From assembly GCA_965224085.1 (NCBI GenBank), contig CBDCYI010000005.1, positions 1,920,001-1,984,000 on the forward strand: a stretch of 64,000 bases of DNA. Direction: 5' to 3'. The position numbers and the translations under genes are program-made. Below, in pieces: positions 53,136-64,000 of this stretch; the stretch's first letter is position 1; every line of letters begins with the position of its first letter. Under the pieces are notes generated by a model. The model was not told the origin of the DNA. It made no database searches and was given only the letters and a program-made list of their open reading frames with translations. The DNA is from Candidatus Marinacidobacterales bacterium. Lineage in GTDB: Bacteria; Acidobacteriota; Vicinamibacteria; Marinacidobacterales; SMYC01.

Positions 53136-56100
53136 GGAATATGCCAGCTATTTAAGGAGCAGGTTCTTCTTCAAAGACTCGTTACTCCAAGAGCAGTTCC
53201 GTGAGCTGCTTCAGACTGATGGGCGTCTGCATTCGGGGCCTTTTCTCGAATTGACACCACCCTTCAAAAAGGGATCGAGTCCAAAAGAGTTGGTGGAGCG
53301 TGGTGTGCTTCAGGAAGCGCTTCTCCAGGTATCGCGTGACGCGCTACACGCAGAGCGACCGTTGTACCTACACCAGCAGAAGGCAATCGAAAAGGTCCAG
53401 AGTGGTCGCAACGTCGTCGTTGCGACGGGGACCGGTAGCGGTAAGACGGAAACGTACCTGCTGCCGATACTAAACCATATACTCTCAGAGCAAACTGGCG
53501 CCAACAGTAAGCGTCCGGGAATTCGAGCGCTTCTCGTTTATCCGATGAATGCTCTCGCGAACGACCAGCTCAAAAGAATTCGCGAGCTTCTCCGAGAGTG
53601 TCCAGAGGTTACTTTCGGGCGCTACACAGGAGAGACGCCAAGGGAGCGAGAAAAGGGACTGGCGCGGTTTCGTGAGACGTGGCCGCTCGAGCCCGTCGTA
53701 CCGAATGAGCTGAAAAGCCGCGAAGAGATGTGGCAGTCGCCGCCTCATATTCTGATTACGAATTTCGCGATGCTCGAATATCTGCTCGTAAGACCGCAGG
53801 AAAGCATGTTCTTCGAGCCTGGAGTCGCGGAGGTCTTCAAGTTTCTCGTGCTGGACGAGATTCACACCTACGACGGTGCGAAAGGGACCGAGATAGCCAT
53901 GCTTCTCCATCGTTTGAGGCAACGCGTCGGGTTTCGGGAGAGAGGACGACTCCGCTGCATAGGCACGAGCGCAACAATGGGCGGCGGGAAGGACCTCCCT
54001 GATATCGCTCAGTTCGCGACCAACATCTTCGATGAGGCTTTTGAACATGGGTCGCACGCCAAAGATGTGCTCGAGGCTGAGCTACGGCCGTATGAGAAAC
54101 CGAAGGAGCTGTGGGGTCCGTGTAATCCCTCTTTTTACGCGGAGGCGTCGAGAGCGTCGGAAACTAGGGATGCGAATCCGGATGCTGTCCTTCAGGCGCT
54201 TCTGCTGGCGGCGGGAGAGGACGTTCCCAACGGTGCTCGCGAAGCAGCGAAGCGAGCGTTGAACGCGGCGCTCCGCCGTAAACAAGATTCAGTCGAGGCG
54301 CAAACGGAAACGGAGCCGGTGGACGAGTGGGACTGGGGGGTTCCCCCTAAAGCACCAGAGACCCCGCGGCTCGAACTGGATGACGGCATCTCGTCAGCAC
54401 TTTATGAGCTTATGCGAGGCGACCGATTGGTCGCTGCTATCCGGGATGAATGTCGCGATTATCCGGCCTCCGTCTCCGAACTGCAAAAGCGGCTGTTCAC
54501 GGATGGCGGCGACCTCATGCCTTTGGTCGCGGCGGCGAGCAAGGCTTGCGAGGCTCCGGGTGAGTCGCCGCTCATACGGGCGCGTTATCACTTCTTCGTT
54601 CGTGCGCTTGAAGGCGGGTTCCTATGTCTCGAGGACCACTCCGGGAGCGGGCCGCGACTCTACCTTGAACGGCGGAAGACATGCGTGGAGCACCCGAACA
54701 TTGCGGTTTTCGAAATGGGTCTGTGTCGCCGATGTGGCGAGCTGATGATAGTGGGGAGTCTCGTCAACGATCCAGCAAGCGGACTTCATTTGCTCGACAG
54801 CGAAGACCCCACGCAGGAGAGCATTCTAGAATCTGACAAGGTGCGGCGAGCTGTCCTGTCACTTGGTGCGGATTCTGCGGACGAACCCAACGAAGATGAG
54901 CTAGTCGATCATGAGGGCCAACGTTCCGAGTCCGGGTTCACCTCACTTTGCTTGTGCCTAGGTTGTCGAGTTTTGGGGGAGGCGGACGATTGGTCCTGCC
55001 TTTGCGAGCAAGAGAGCTCTCCCATTTCGGTCACACGCGTGCCAACCCGCCGGCGAGATATTCAGCTCTGTCCATCATGTGGGACACGTTCGCTGCAGAG
55101 GGACGTTCTTCAGACTCTATACACCGGTCCGGACGAGCCGGTCACTGAGCTCGCCACTACAATTTTTCAGTCTTCGAACGGCGGCTACATCCGCGGGACG
55201 GAGGAGAAAAAGAAGTTACTTACCTTCTCCGATAGTCGCCAGGATGCCGCCTACTTCGCACCCTACCTGGAGAATCAACATCGAGCGACCCTTCGTCGTC
55301 ACGTACTCCTGAGCCTAGTTGCCAACCAAACGGAGCCATTGCCGATCGACGCTTTGGCGGGACGGGTCGCAACGTATCTTTCCGGGCGAAAGTGGCTAGG
55401 GGAAGACGCCACGAATGACGCCGTCGAATCCGAATCATGGCGGTGGGTCGTTGGCGAGCTCATGCACGGCAACCGTACGCGGCGGAGTCTCGAGGAGCTC
55501 GGAATCGTAGACTTCACGGCGCGGCGCTATCCGGACGTGCCGCCACCGCTCCCTTTTCTAAAGGCGCCGTGGAACATGAGCGAGGCCGAAGCGTGGTCGC
55601 TGATCCAGATACTCGTGGACACACTGAAAAACGCCTATGTGGTGACACTGCCGCCCGGGGTAAACGATGACGACGAGGTCTTCGCACCCGCACGGGCCAA
55701 CGTTGCCGTCGCGATCAAGCGAGAACCGAACGACAAACGTACGCTCGCTTGGGTGCCTCAACTCATGTACAAGTGGATTCGTTCGACTATACAAAGAAGG
55801 CACCTGCTCGGAGCGTTGGCGAACCGCGGACTCTACCCCAAGTATGGCTTTCCCGTAGATGTCGTCAATCTCGAGATCGCACCCGAAGCGATGCGCAAGA
55901 CGGGCCGCGAGGGAAGAGGACGTCAGCTGGACGATTTCGGTTTGGAGCTATCGCGTGACCTGAAGCTTGCGATATCGGAATATGCACCGGGTAGCGAGGT
56001 CGTAGCGGGTGGGTACATATGGCAATGCGCCGGCCTCAAAGTACTACCGGATCGTCGCCTAGAGGAGATCCACTACTACGCCTGTCCCTGCGGCGCGTTC

Positions 56101-56615
56101 CAGGTCGTACCGGCTGGAGAGAAGCCCAGCACGTGTCCGCATTGCGGCGAGGCGCACAAATCCGCCCACGCAGGCCGCTACATCCGCCCTGAATTCGGAT
56201 TTGTCACGAAACAAGACAAACCGCGACACGCAAGCACGCGTAAGCCAGAGAGACAGTTCGCGACGAGAGTCGCCTTCGCTGGGTATGTGGCGGATGACGA
56301 GCAGAGCTACGTGGAAAGGTGGCTTGGTGTGCGCGTCGGCCTACCGCGCCTGGCGACGCTCGTCACGATCAATACTGGCAAAGGCCAAAGAGGCTTCCGG
56401 TTCTGCCAGCAGTGCGGATTCGCGGAGCCCGCGGCGAGCAGCTTCAAGCACGCTCGCGGTCACCCAAGTCCGCGCGGCGCGATATGTCGTGGAGAAGTCA
56501 GTTTCAACGTCGACTTGGGTCACGACTTCATCACTGACGTTCTCGAACTGAGAGTAAGATCCCGAAGCATATCCACGCAGATCGGCTGGTGGTCGGTCGC
56601 GTACGCACTCGTGGC
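53101..56615 (+). pseudogene. DruE-like DEAD/DEAH helicase with an internal deletion and truncated DUF1998 region
   Basis: LYLHQ, TGTGSGKT, YPMNALANDQ, DEIH, TSAT, FSDSRQDAA, Zn ribbons, PKYGFP, AISEYAPG. Helicase motifs V and VI are absent. Confidence 0.8.
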
Positions 56616-58416
56616 CAGACACTGACTCGTCGTCGGCACGCGAGAAGCAGACCAACGACACTCGCACCGCCGCGCCGTCAATCACCCACGGCTCATCACT
56701 CCACGCATCGAAAATCCGCCGTGCCTTGGTCGCCGTTTGCAACGCCCGCCGATTCGCGCCGCCTCGTATGGAATTGGTCGCGACGAGTCCGGCTCGCGCC
56801 GCCTTGCCCAATGCGATCTGCTGGCCCGCCTTCTCGAACCAGTAGCAGACGAGATCGGCCTCCGCCGGTACCCGGCCGACGTACGTCGCGAACATGCGCG
56901 AGACGTATTCCTCGCTGAGGTGCGTGATCAAGAGCTTGCCGCCCAAGAACGGCGGGTTGCCGATCACGACATCCGCCATCGGCCAGTCCGGTTCGGTACC
57001 GTCCGGAGTCAGGATCGCGTCACGGCACTCGATGGTATCGAGCGGCTTTAGGATCGGGTCGCGTGCCTCCGAGAAGCCGTTGCGCCGCATCCACTGGATC
57101 TCGCCGATCCAGACGGAAACGCGAGCCAACTCGGCGGCGTAGGGATTGATCTCGATGCCCTTGACGTTGGCCGGGCCGATCTCCGGAAACGCCCGCTGGA
57201 AGCCGAGAGCCTCCGCCTCGAACTGCACCCGGTGCTCCAGGTCCTTGAGGGCCTGCAAGGCGAGATACAGGAAGTTGCCTGAGCCGCAGGCCGGGTCGAG
57301 CACCGTGAACGCACGCAGCCGGTTGAGGAACGCCCGGTACCGCCGCTCGGCCTCGTTCCGACGCTTGGTACGAGCGGCCGTTGACTTGGTGGCTTCCGCT
57401 CGCTCCAACTCGGCGGCGATCTCTGCTTTCTCCGTGGCCCACTCTGCGAGCCACGGGCGGATCACGACCGGCTCGACGAGCAGCATGATCTTGTCGCGGT
57501 CCGTGTAATGCGCCCCGAGCTGGGCGCGCTTGCCCGGATCGAGTCCACGCTCGAACAGCGTGCCGAGGATCGATGGATCGATCTCTGACCAGTCGAGGCG
57601 CGATGCGGCCAACACGGTGTCGATGTCGGACCTCTCCAGCGGAAGCGCTGTGGCGTCGTCGAACAGTCCGCCGTTGAACCAGTCAACCGTCTCGAAACCG
57701 ACCCGGCCGCCGCGAGCCATCACCCGGAACAGATCGTCGGCAAGGTCGGCGAAGTGCGCTGGCGTGCGCCGCGCCTGCTCCAGCATCCGGGTGAACATGT
57801 GGCCGGGCAGCAGGCCTACGTCGTCGGCGAACATGCAGAAGACGAGCCGGTTGACGAAGTGCGCGACCGCGTGCGGATCGTGGCCGCGTTCCCGCAGCGA
57901 CTGCGCGACCGCCGCGAAGGACTGCGCCGCCTGTTGGGTGAGCGATTGCCGCGTCTCGCCCGGCCGTAGCCGTTCAGGATCCGAGAACGCCCACTTAAGC
58001 CTGTCGCGTGCCGCGGCGTCGGCCAGGTCGTCCAATCCGAACTCGTAGGTCTTGCTGACGCTATTGGTCCAGTTGGTGCGGATGCGGAACCGCAGCATGT
58101 CGGAGACGATCAGCAGCGGCGGGTTCTCCAGCGCCAGGGCGTAGAGCCGCAGCTGTCCGAATGCGGCGTCGAGGTCGGCCCGCTTGCCCTTGTACTCCCA
58201 GGCGAAGTGGTGGCGCTTCCAGACATCGGCCCAGCCGTCGCCGCCGGTGTCCTTGCGCGCGCCGCGCTCGAAGCAGTACATCTCGCCGGTCGGGTCGGCC
58301 TCGGCGGGCGTCGGCTCGCCGAGCAGGTGGCACAGGTCGATGAAGTGCTCCTGCGACGCCGAGCGCTCCTTGAGTGCCGAGGCGCGCCACTTGGCGATGA
58401 ATTCGTACGGCGTCAT
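56616..58416 (-). pseudogene. MmeI/YeeA-like type IIG/IIL restriction-modification enzyme, 3' truncated
   Basis: ADVWK..FAWEYK, GAHYT, LDPACGSGNFL, GNPPF, ATNSI. The TRD is missing and the gene is fused to the helicase end. Confidence 0.88.
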
Positions 58417-58554
58417 GGGCGCATTCAGCGTAGCCGATAATGACCGGCACTTGCCAGGACGGGGCCGATCCGCGCGTCGGCCATCGTGCGGATGGAGCAT
58501 AGGAGACGAAGGATATACGTCAAGGCGAAGGCCGAGAAGTCTTGGCGCTTCTTG

Positions 58555-58786
58555 CGCCAAGGTTTCGGCTGGAAGCGATGGAGTAGGCGATGGATGTATG
58601 CGACTGTCGGACTGTTCACAGATTACCGAGTTCGATATCTCGTAGATTCGCCGAAAGACGCCCCGGCTCGATAGGTCACATAAAACCCTTCGCGGGAAGT
58701 GTGCAGGAGCGCGTAGTGCGGAAAGCCGCACGCTGCGTGCGATGTGGCGGGGGTTGGAAACGGACTTACGGTGCGGCTAGTGAGGC
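58555..58786 (+). mobile_element. Group II intron 3' remnant (maturase tail plus domain V)
   Basis: RQGFGWKRWSRRWMY..GLF.DYRV, then GAGCGCGTAGTGCGGAAAGCCGCACGCTGCGTGC. Cut by repeat E at 58787. Confidence 0.7.
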
Positions 58787-59469
58787 TGTGCCTTCTATTT
58801 ATTCATCCGCGCGCACCGAACTTGATTAGTCTCCGGTCTGCCGGCACCATGCTCCCGTCTATGTCCTTGAGTACCTGCTGGGTAACTACTGTGCCTCCAA
58901 TGACCAAGTCGTGATCGAGGACGGTCTGGCTACCGTGAAGCGCATCCTCTCCGAGAACTACGTGCGGGCCGGACGAGGCAGAAAGGGTGAAATCCACCAT
59001 CCGCGAGCGGGGCAGTTTGAAGGTTATCGATAAGGTGACGGTCACGCTGAATGAAAAACGAGATGTCTACGAGGCGCTTTTGTCGAACCTGGGAACGAAG
59101 GGCGTCGGAATCGGTACGGAGACAGTCCGAAAATACGAGAAGTTACTGGCTGGCGGGATCTGGTCGATCATTACGATGCAATATTTTTGTGAGGAGGGGC
59201 AAAAGGGGTCGCCTTTCATTATCGATGAGCTCAATCCAATCCAGATGCCGAACATGGATATGGACGAACTGTTCGCCGGGAGGCGTCAGTTTACCGAGGC
59301 ACAGTGGATTGATGTGTTGTTGCGTTCCTGCGGGTATGAGCCGACGCAGTTCGATGAGCGCACGAAGTGGCACCTGCTGTGCCGTCTAGTACCGCTGGTG
59401 GAGAACAACTACAACGTCTGCGAGTTGGGTCCGAGGGGAACCGGAAAGAGCCATATCTATAAGGAAATC

Positions 59470-60510
59470 GGGGATTACAAGTAAACCTTGACAGGCATTC
59501 CGCTAACCACAACATCTTGCGGTCGGCTTGATCGGGTTGGTGGTCGCGGGGATGAAGCTAGTTGTCATTTAGCCTGAACAGGTTTTCGTCTGCACCAAGT
59601 TCCCGCAGCTCTGAAATGATTCTGCGCGCTTCTTTTTCAAGTTTAGTCACATTGAAGATGAGGCGCCGAATCTCGGATGGAGGGAGCCATTGTTCATCAT
59701 GAGGCGGGTTGTTATTGTACTGATCTACGTTTTGCCCAAGCAAGGCGCAAATTAGCAAGTGCATCATCACGTTTCTTGCGAGAAACGGCAAGCTCGCCGC
59801 GTATGACACTGGAACCACATGAAAAATGGGCCGATCCGAATATAACGCTTTTGGAGAACCTCCGTAGCATCTCAAAGCTATTGTCTCCTAGCGTTCGAGT
59901 TCAGATTGTCGTTCCGGATCCAGAAACCGACTGACTGTCTCATAGCTTCGTCCAGCCCCACAAAAGCGCAACCCATAAACCCCATCCGACCAGGCTCCAC
60001 GGCAGTCTGATTCCCCAGAGGATTCTGCCCTCTTTCTCAAGTTTCTCGCCCACGTGGATCATGACCAGACCTAGTCCTACAACAGCGAACGCAATACAGG
60101 CGTCGCCGAACCCCCACGAAATATGCGCGCTAGGCTCATCGTATGGGTCTAGCTCATGCACCCCACCTGGTTGCAGCATTCTGACATCCTGTTGTCCCGG
60201 AGAAGTGGTCACCGGGCCAGTTCGTCACAACGAACCGCATGTGGTTGGCATGCAGGATCCCGCCTATTTCCCCCCTGTGGTAAGGAGGTCTTGTATTCAG
60301 CGAGTGACCCGATGGTCGAGCCACACGCGGTTCATTGTGACGGGAAGGAGAATACCAGAAACGAGGAGGGGAATAAGACCACAAGATGTAGTGGTCGGGG
60401 CCTGAAACGCGGAACCACTATATGTAGGGACGGGGCGCTCAGGCTGCCATTTAGGAAGGCGCTTAAACACAACGGCTTACGGGGTCTGTCAAGCTATCGG
60501 TGTAATCCCC
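59470..60510. mobile_element. 1041-bp non-autonomous insertion cassette
   Basis: IRs GGGGATTACA-N7-CTTGACAG at both ends; TSD AGGAAATC at 59462-59469 and 60511-60518; no transposase ORF. Confidence 0.9.
59940..60212 (-). CDS. Small two-helix membrane protein (cassette passenger)
   Basis: Two hydrophobic segments; start uncertain. Confidence 0.35.
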   Translation of the reverse strand: MTTSPGQQDVRMLQPGGVHELDPYDEPSAHISWGFGDACIAFAVVGLGLVMIHVGEKLEKEGRILWGIRLPWSLVGWGLWVALLWGWTKL

Positions 60511-62044
60511 AGGAAATCAGTCCGAATAGCATCCTTGTCTCCGGGGGGCAGACCACCGTTGCGAACCTGTTTTACAACCTGGCCAGCCGAACCGTTGGGC
60601 TGGTCGGGCTCTGGGATGTAGTGGCATTCGACGAGGTCGCCGGAATCAGCTTCAAGGACAATGCTGGCGTCCAGATCATGAAGGACTATATGGCGTCTGG
60701 ATCGTTCGCCCGGGGTCGCGACCAGGTGAACGCCTATGCGTCGATGGTCTTCGTCGGTAACATCAACCAGCCTGTAGACACGCTGGTCAAGACAAGCCAT
60801 CTCTTGGCTCCATTTCCAGAGGCCATGATCGACTCCGCATTCTTCGACCGCTTCCACGCCTATATTCCAGGCTGGGAGATCCCGAAGATGCGGCCGGAAT
60901 TCTTCACGAACCAGTATGGGCTGATCGTCGATTATCTGGCTGAGTTCCTGCGCGAGATGCGCAAGCGGAACTTCGGCGATGCGATCAACAAATACTACAA
61001 GCTAGGCCGAGATCTGAATCAGCGGGACACCATCGCGGTCAGGCACACCGTCTCTGGCCTGCTTAAGCTTCTGTACCCGAACGAAGAGTACGATGACGAA
61101 GCAGTGCGGCGCTGCCTGGAATACGCTCTCGAGACACGGCGAAGGGTAAAAGAGCAGTTAAAGAAGATTGGTGGGATGGAGTTTTATGATGTCCACTTTT
61201 CCTACATCGCCCCGGAGCCGATGGAGGAACGGTTTATCAGCGTTCCTGAGCAGGGAGGGGGTGCCCTCATACCCGACGGCCCGCTCAACCCTGGCGTACT
61301 TCACACCGTCGCGACGGGTAGCAGTGGGCACCTAGGGGTCTACCGGATCGAGACTCAGGTCACCGCTGGAAACGGCAAGCTCACACTGTCCGGCGTGGGG
61401 TCTAATACCACAGCAAAGGAAAGTATTAAGGTCGGCTTCGACTATTTCAAAGCCAATGCCTCTTCGGTCAGTGCCTCAGTGAAACCCGGTGATCACAACT
61501 TTCACTTGCATGTGGTCGAACTTCAAAACACAGGACCGACTGCGGCAATGACGCTTGCAACATTCGTGGCTCTTTGTTCCGGCATCCTCGGTAAGTCGGT
61601 TCAATCACAAATGGTCGTGCTGGGGAGTATGAGCCTCGGTGGGAGCATCGTTCCGGTTGAAAATCTCGCCGGGTCACTTCAGGTCGCATTTGACGCCGGC
61701 GCGAAGAGAATCTTGCTTCCTATGGCGAGCGTCGGAGACATCCCGACCATTCCAGGAGAATTGTTCGCAAAATTTCAGACCAGCTTCTACTCGGATCCAC
61801 GAGATGCGGCGTTCAAGAGTCTGGGGGTCGATTAGTGCGACGATGGAGGGGTAGTGTCAAGTTTTCCACGGCCTGACAGCCACCCCGAATGAATGAAACG
61901 CGGTAGTCTCTGGAGGTGGCACCGGCTCAACACGACGCCTGAGGAAGCTCGGTTTTGACGTCACTGCCCCCAAACGTTACACCCTGAGTTTCTTACTAGT
62001 TGACGTTGCGGGAGCAAGCCGATGCCATCGGCATGACACCGTGC

Positions 62045-62350
62045 AGCAACGGGATGCCACGCCCCCAGAGCGAAGACCTGGATCCAGGCCTGGGGAAAGA
62101 TAGGCATCAAGGAGGCCTGGGCCGCACCTGGACCAGAACGTGCTAGCCCGATACGCCGCAGTAACCCGGGCCTCGATTCTGGGCCTCTCGGGTGGCCTCT
62201 TTTCCGCCGCCGCACGGCCCGGTCAGCGGCCCGCCACCCTATTTGGTGCAAACGTGGCACTCGAAAATCGGGATTAGAGACGAATGCCGAAAATGAGGCC
62301 CGTTCAGCCCTTCTAGCGCGTCTCTGGTGACACCTATCCCTGCAAAACCC
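62045..62350. repeat. ~300-bp non-coding repeat family
   Basis: Diverged copies at about 63120-63430 and a partial copy at 45595-45745 (GATGCCACGC...GACCTGG.TCCAGG...CACCTGGACCAGAAC). Confidence 0.8.
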
Positions 62351-62780
62351 CGCCAACCGCGCGGAAAATCTCATCCGTCTCTGCAGTGCCACAATTGGCC
62401 GGACTGGGTGGCGGATGGTGCAGGTTGGAGCTATCCGGTCTCGGCAAAAGGCGGTCCAGCTTTTAGCGGAAATCCTCAAATAGAAAAATAAGTGGAGATT
62501 CAGGAGGTTTCGAGTTTCGGGCATTTCTTGACTTTTTTGACGCGTACGAACAGGTTTTGCGAGAAGGCTGTTTTACGCCCTCTCGGGTTTCAACCATGAT
62601 GCCAATTTCGTTACATCCTCTTCTCCTACAGTGATTTAACGGCCTCAGTCACGTGCTGGTCCCCGTACGCATTATCGACGGGTGGTCGCTCGAGCCGGGA
62701 TTTTAATTGGCTTTAGTAATATTTTCTATACGGCAATTTCAATCTCCCGGACGCCTGAAAGAAGGTCGTGTCGTGAACCC

Positions 62781-63043
62781 CGTCGTGTCCAAAAACACAA
62801 ACGCGTCGCCCAGCCCTTGATGGTTGCGCTCTTCTCAATAATGATAGATGAACTCGGCGACAGCCCGGCGTGCGGGTCTTAGAGTTCGTTTGTATTTTTG
62901 GACACGACGCCGTTGGCAGCAGCACCCAGCCCTCCGCTTTCTGGCTCGCGACATACGCGGCGCAGGCTTCTCGCTGCGCATCGAGGGAGTTGAACTCCTG
63001 TTCGAGACCCCGTCCTGTCCAAAAACACAAACGAACTCAAGAT
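62781..63043. repeat. Three repeat-B ends bracketing integrase and serine-recombinase fragments
   Basis: Ends at 62781, 62909 and 63011. The segment 62911-63010 nearly matches 21130-21229. Confidence 0.85.
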
Positions 63044-63591
63044 TGGCGCGCCGGGCCGTTTCGATCGTCATCGCCCCGTGGCGAGCCCCAGATCTGGGGC
63101 GTGTCGGAGACGATGTCGGCGATTCGGGTTCTCCGCACGCGCAGGGAAAACACCGTCCAGCAACGAGATGCCACGCTCCCGGGCGGAGACCTGGATCCAG
63201 GCCCGGGCCGCACCTGGACCAGAACACGTGCTAGGCCAGCTACCCCGCGGTAACCTCAACCTCGATTCTGAGCCCCTCGGGCGGCCTCTTTTCCGCTGCC
63301 CGCAAGGCCTCCGGTCAGAGCCCGCTCCCCTATTTGGCGCTCGGAAATCGAGATTAGAGACGAAAACCGAAAATGAGGCCCTTTCAGCCCTTCTAGCGCG
63401 TCTCTGGTGACACCTATCTCTGCAAAACCCCTGTGCTCCGTAAAAAATCGTTCCGGCGTTGATTGCGCGTTCTAGACCTGCTATGTTCGGCTGCTTCTGG
63501 CCAATCTTCTTTTTTGCGGAGCACAGCCAGATGCGTCGTATGGCCTGCGCCAGTGGACCGGCTGGGTGGTTGGCCCCGCGGATGAGGATCC

Positions 63592-64000
63592 ATGATGGAC
63601 AAGGACTCCAGCTACTGGAATCGTTTTTGGGAAGGGCCGGAGATTGGACTGCAATGGAAGCACAAGGTCGCTGCGGAACTCGTCGCATCCGAGCCCGTGG
63701 TGGACATCGGCTGCGGGTCCGGACTCCTGCTGGAACTTCTCCGACAACGAGGGTTCCGCTCGCTCCTCGGCTGCGACATCTCGTCGAGCAGCTCCAAGCT
63801 ATTGAAGGAGAAGGAGCTGGACACTTTGCTTTGCGACGCAAGCCGACCCCTTCCGTTCGTATCGGACAGCTTCGCGACTGCTACTCTGGTGGACGTGCTC
63901 GAGCATTCCTTTGACCCGGAGAGGGTCCTTGCCGAAGCCGCGCGTGTAGCCCGCGAAGTCGTGGTCGTCGTCCCGAACTTCAATTCGGTGGTCGCTCGCG
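63592..64000 (+). CDS. Class I SAM-dependent methyltransferase, runs off window end
   Basis: Hand translation: MMDKDSSYWNRFW...VVDIGCGSG...GCDIS...LPF...DVLEH..DP...L.EAARV. Confidence 0.85.
   Translation, partial: MMDKDSSYWNRFWEGPEIGLQWKHKVAAELVASEPVVDIGCGSGLLLELLRQRGFRSLLGCDISSSSSKLLKEKELDTLLCDASRPLPFVSDSFATATLVDVLEHSFDPERVLAEAARVAREVVVVVPNFNSVVAR

Larger units (their letters stand above)
58853..61835 (+). pseudogene. brxL: BREX BrxL (AAA+/Lon-like), 5' truncated, frameshifted and interrupted by an insertion
   Basis: PVYVLEYLLG...ELGPRGTGKSHIYKEI, insertion, then SPNSILVSGGQTTVANLFYN, AFDEVA, MKDYMASGSF, AFFDRFH and a Lon-like tail. Confidence 0.93.

Noticed and set aside
58417-58731. N-terminal extension of the MTase (796-aa ORF)
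   Set aside because: It is antisense to the intron remnant; the family-typical start MTPYEF is at 58416.
60156-60510. Novel N-terminal domain on BrxL (559-aa ORF)
   Set aside because: It is translated from the inserted cassette; brxL resumes at the TSD.
61849-61950. IS256-like end or tRNA-like att site after brxL
   Set aside because: GGGTAGTGTCAAG is suggestive, but no partner IR, transposase or cloverleaf supports it.

Overview
This is a GC-rich bacterial accessory region. The TonB-receptor tail, PQQ-propeller and Uma2 gene styles suggest Acidobacteriota or Planctomycetota, but that is a weak inference. The window is a mosaic. Intact metabolic genes (amt, pyk, an FAD oxidoreductase, an M20 peptidase, a PQQ-like propeller, a glycosyltransferase) alternate with broken defence genes: two brxL, mcrB/mcrC, a Druantia-III-like pair, SIR2, CapH/CapP-like, hsdR, an MmeI-like MTase and a YhaO/YhaN-like pair. 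Mobile DNA is abundant: IS200 x2, IS630, IS6, ISNCY, IS110/IS1111, IS3 fragments, group II intron remnants and a serine-recombinase element. Three observations stand out. (1) An intact IS110 (about 31017-32687) has an upstream non-coding region that looks like a bridge RNA. It carries a 10-nt copy of its own flank, and removing the element in silico restores an IS6 terminal inverted repeat. (2) Roughly 28 orphan YGT..ACR ends from about six related rve-integrase (IS481-like) sub-families cluster at many gene breakpoints and form tiny hybrid elements. (3) A clean 1041-bp transposase-less cassette (25-bp IR, 8-bp TSD) splits brxL. Many single-base frameshifts and abrupt junctions mean sequencing or assembly artefact cannot be excluded. 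I found no CRISPR array, tRNA or rRNA.
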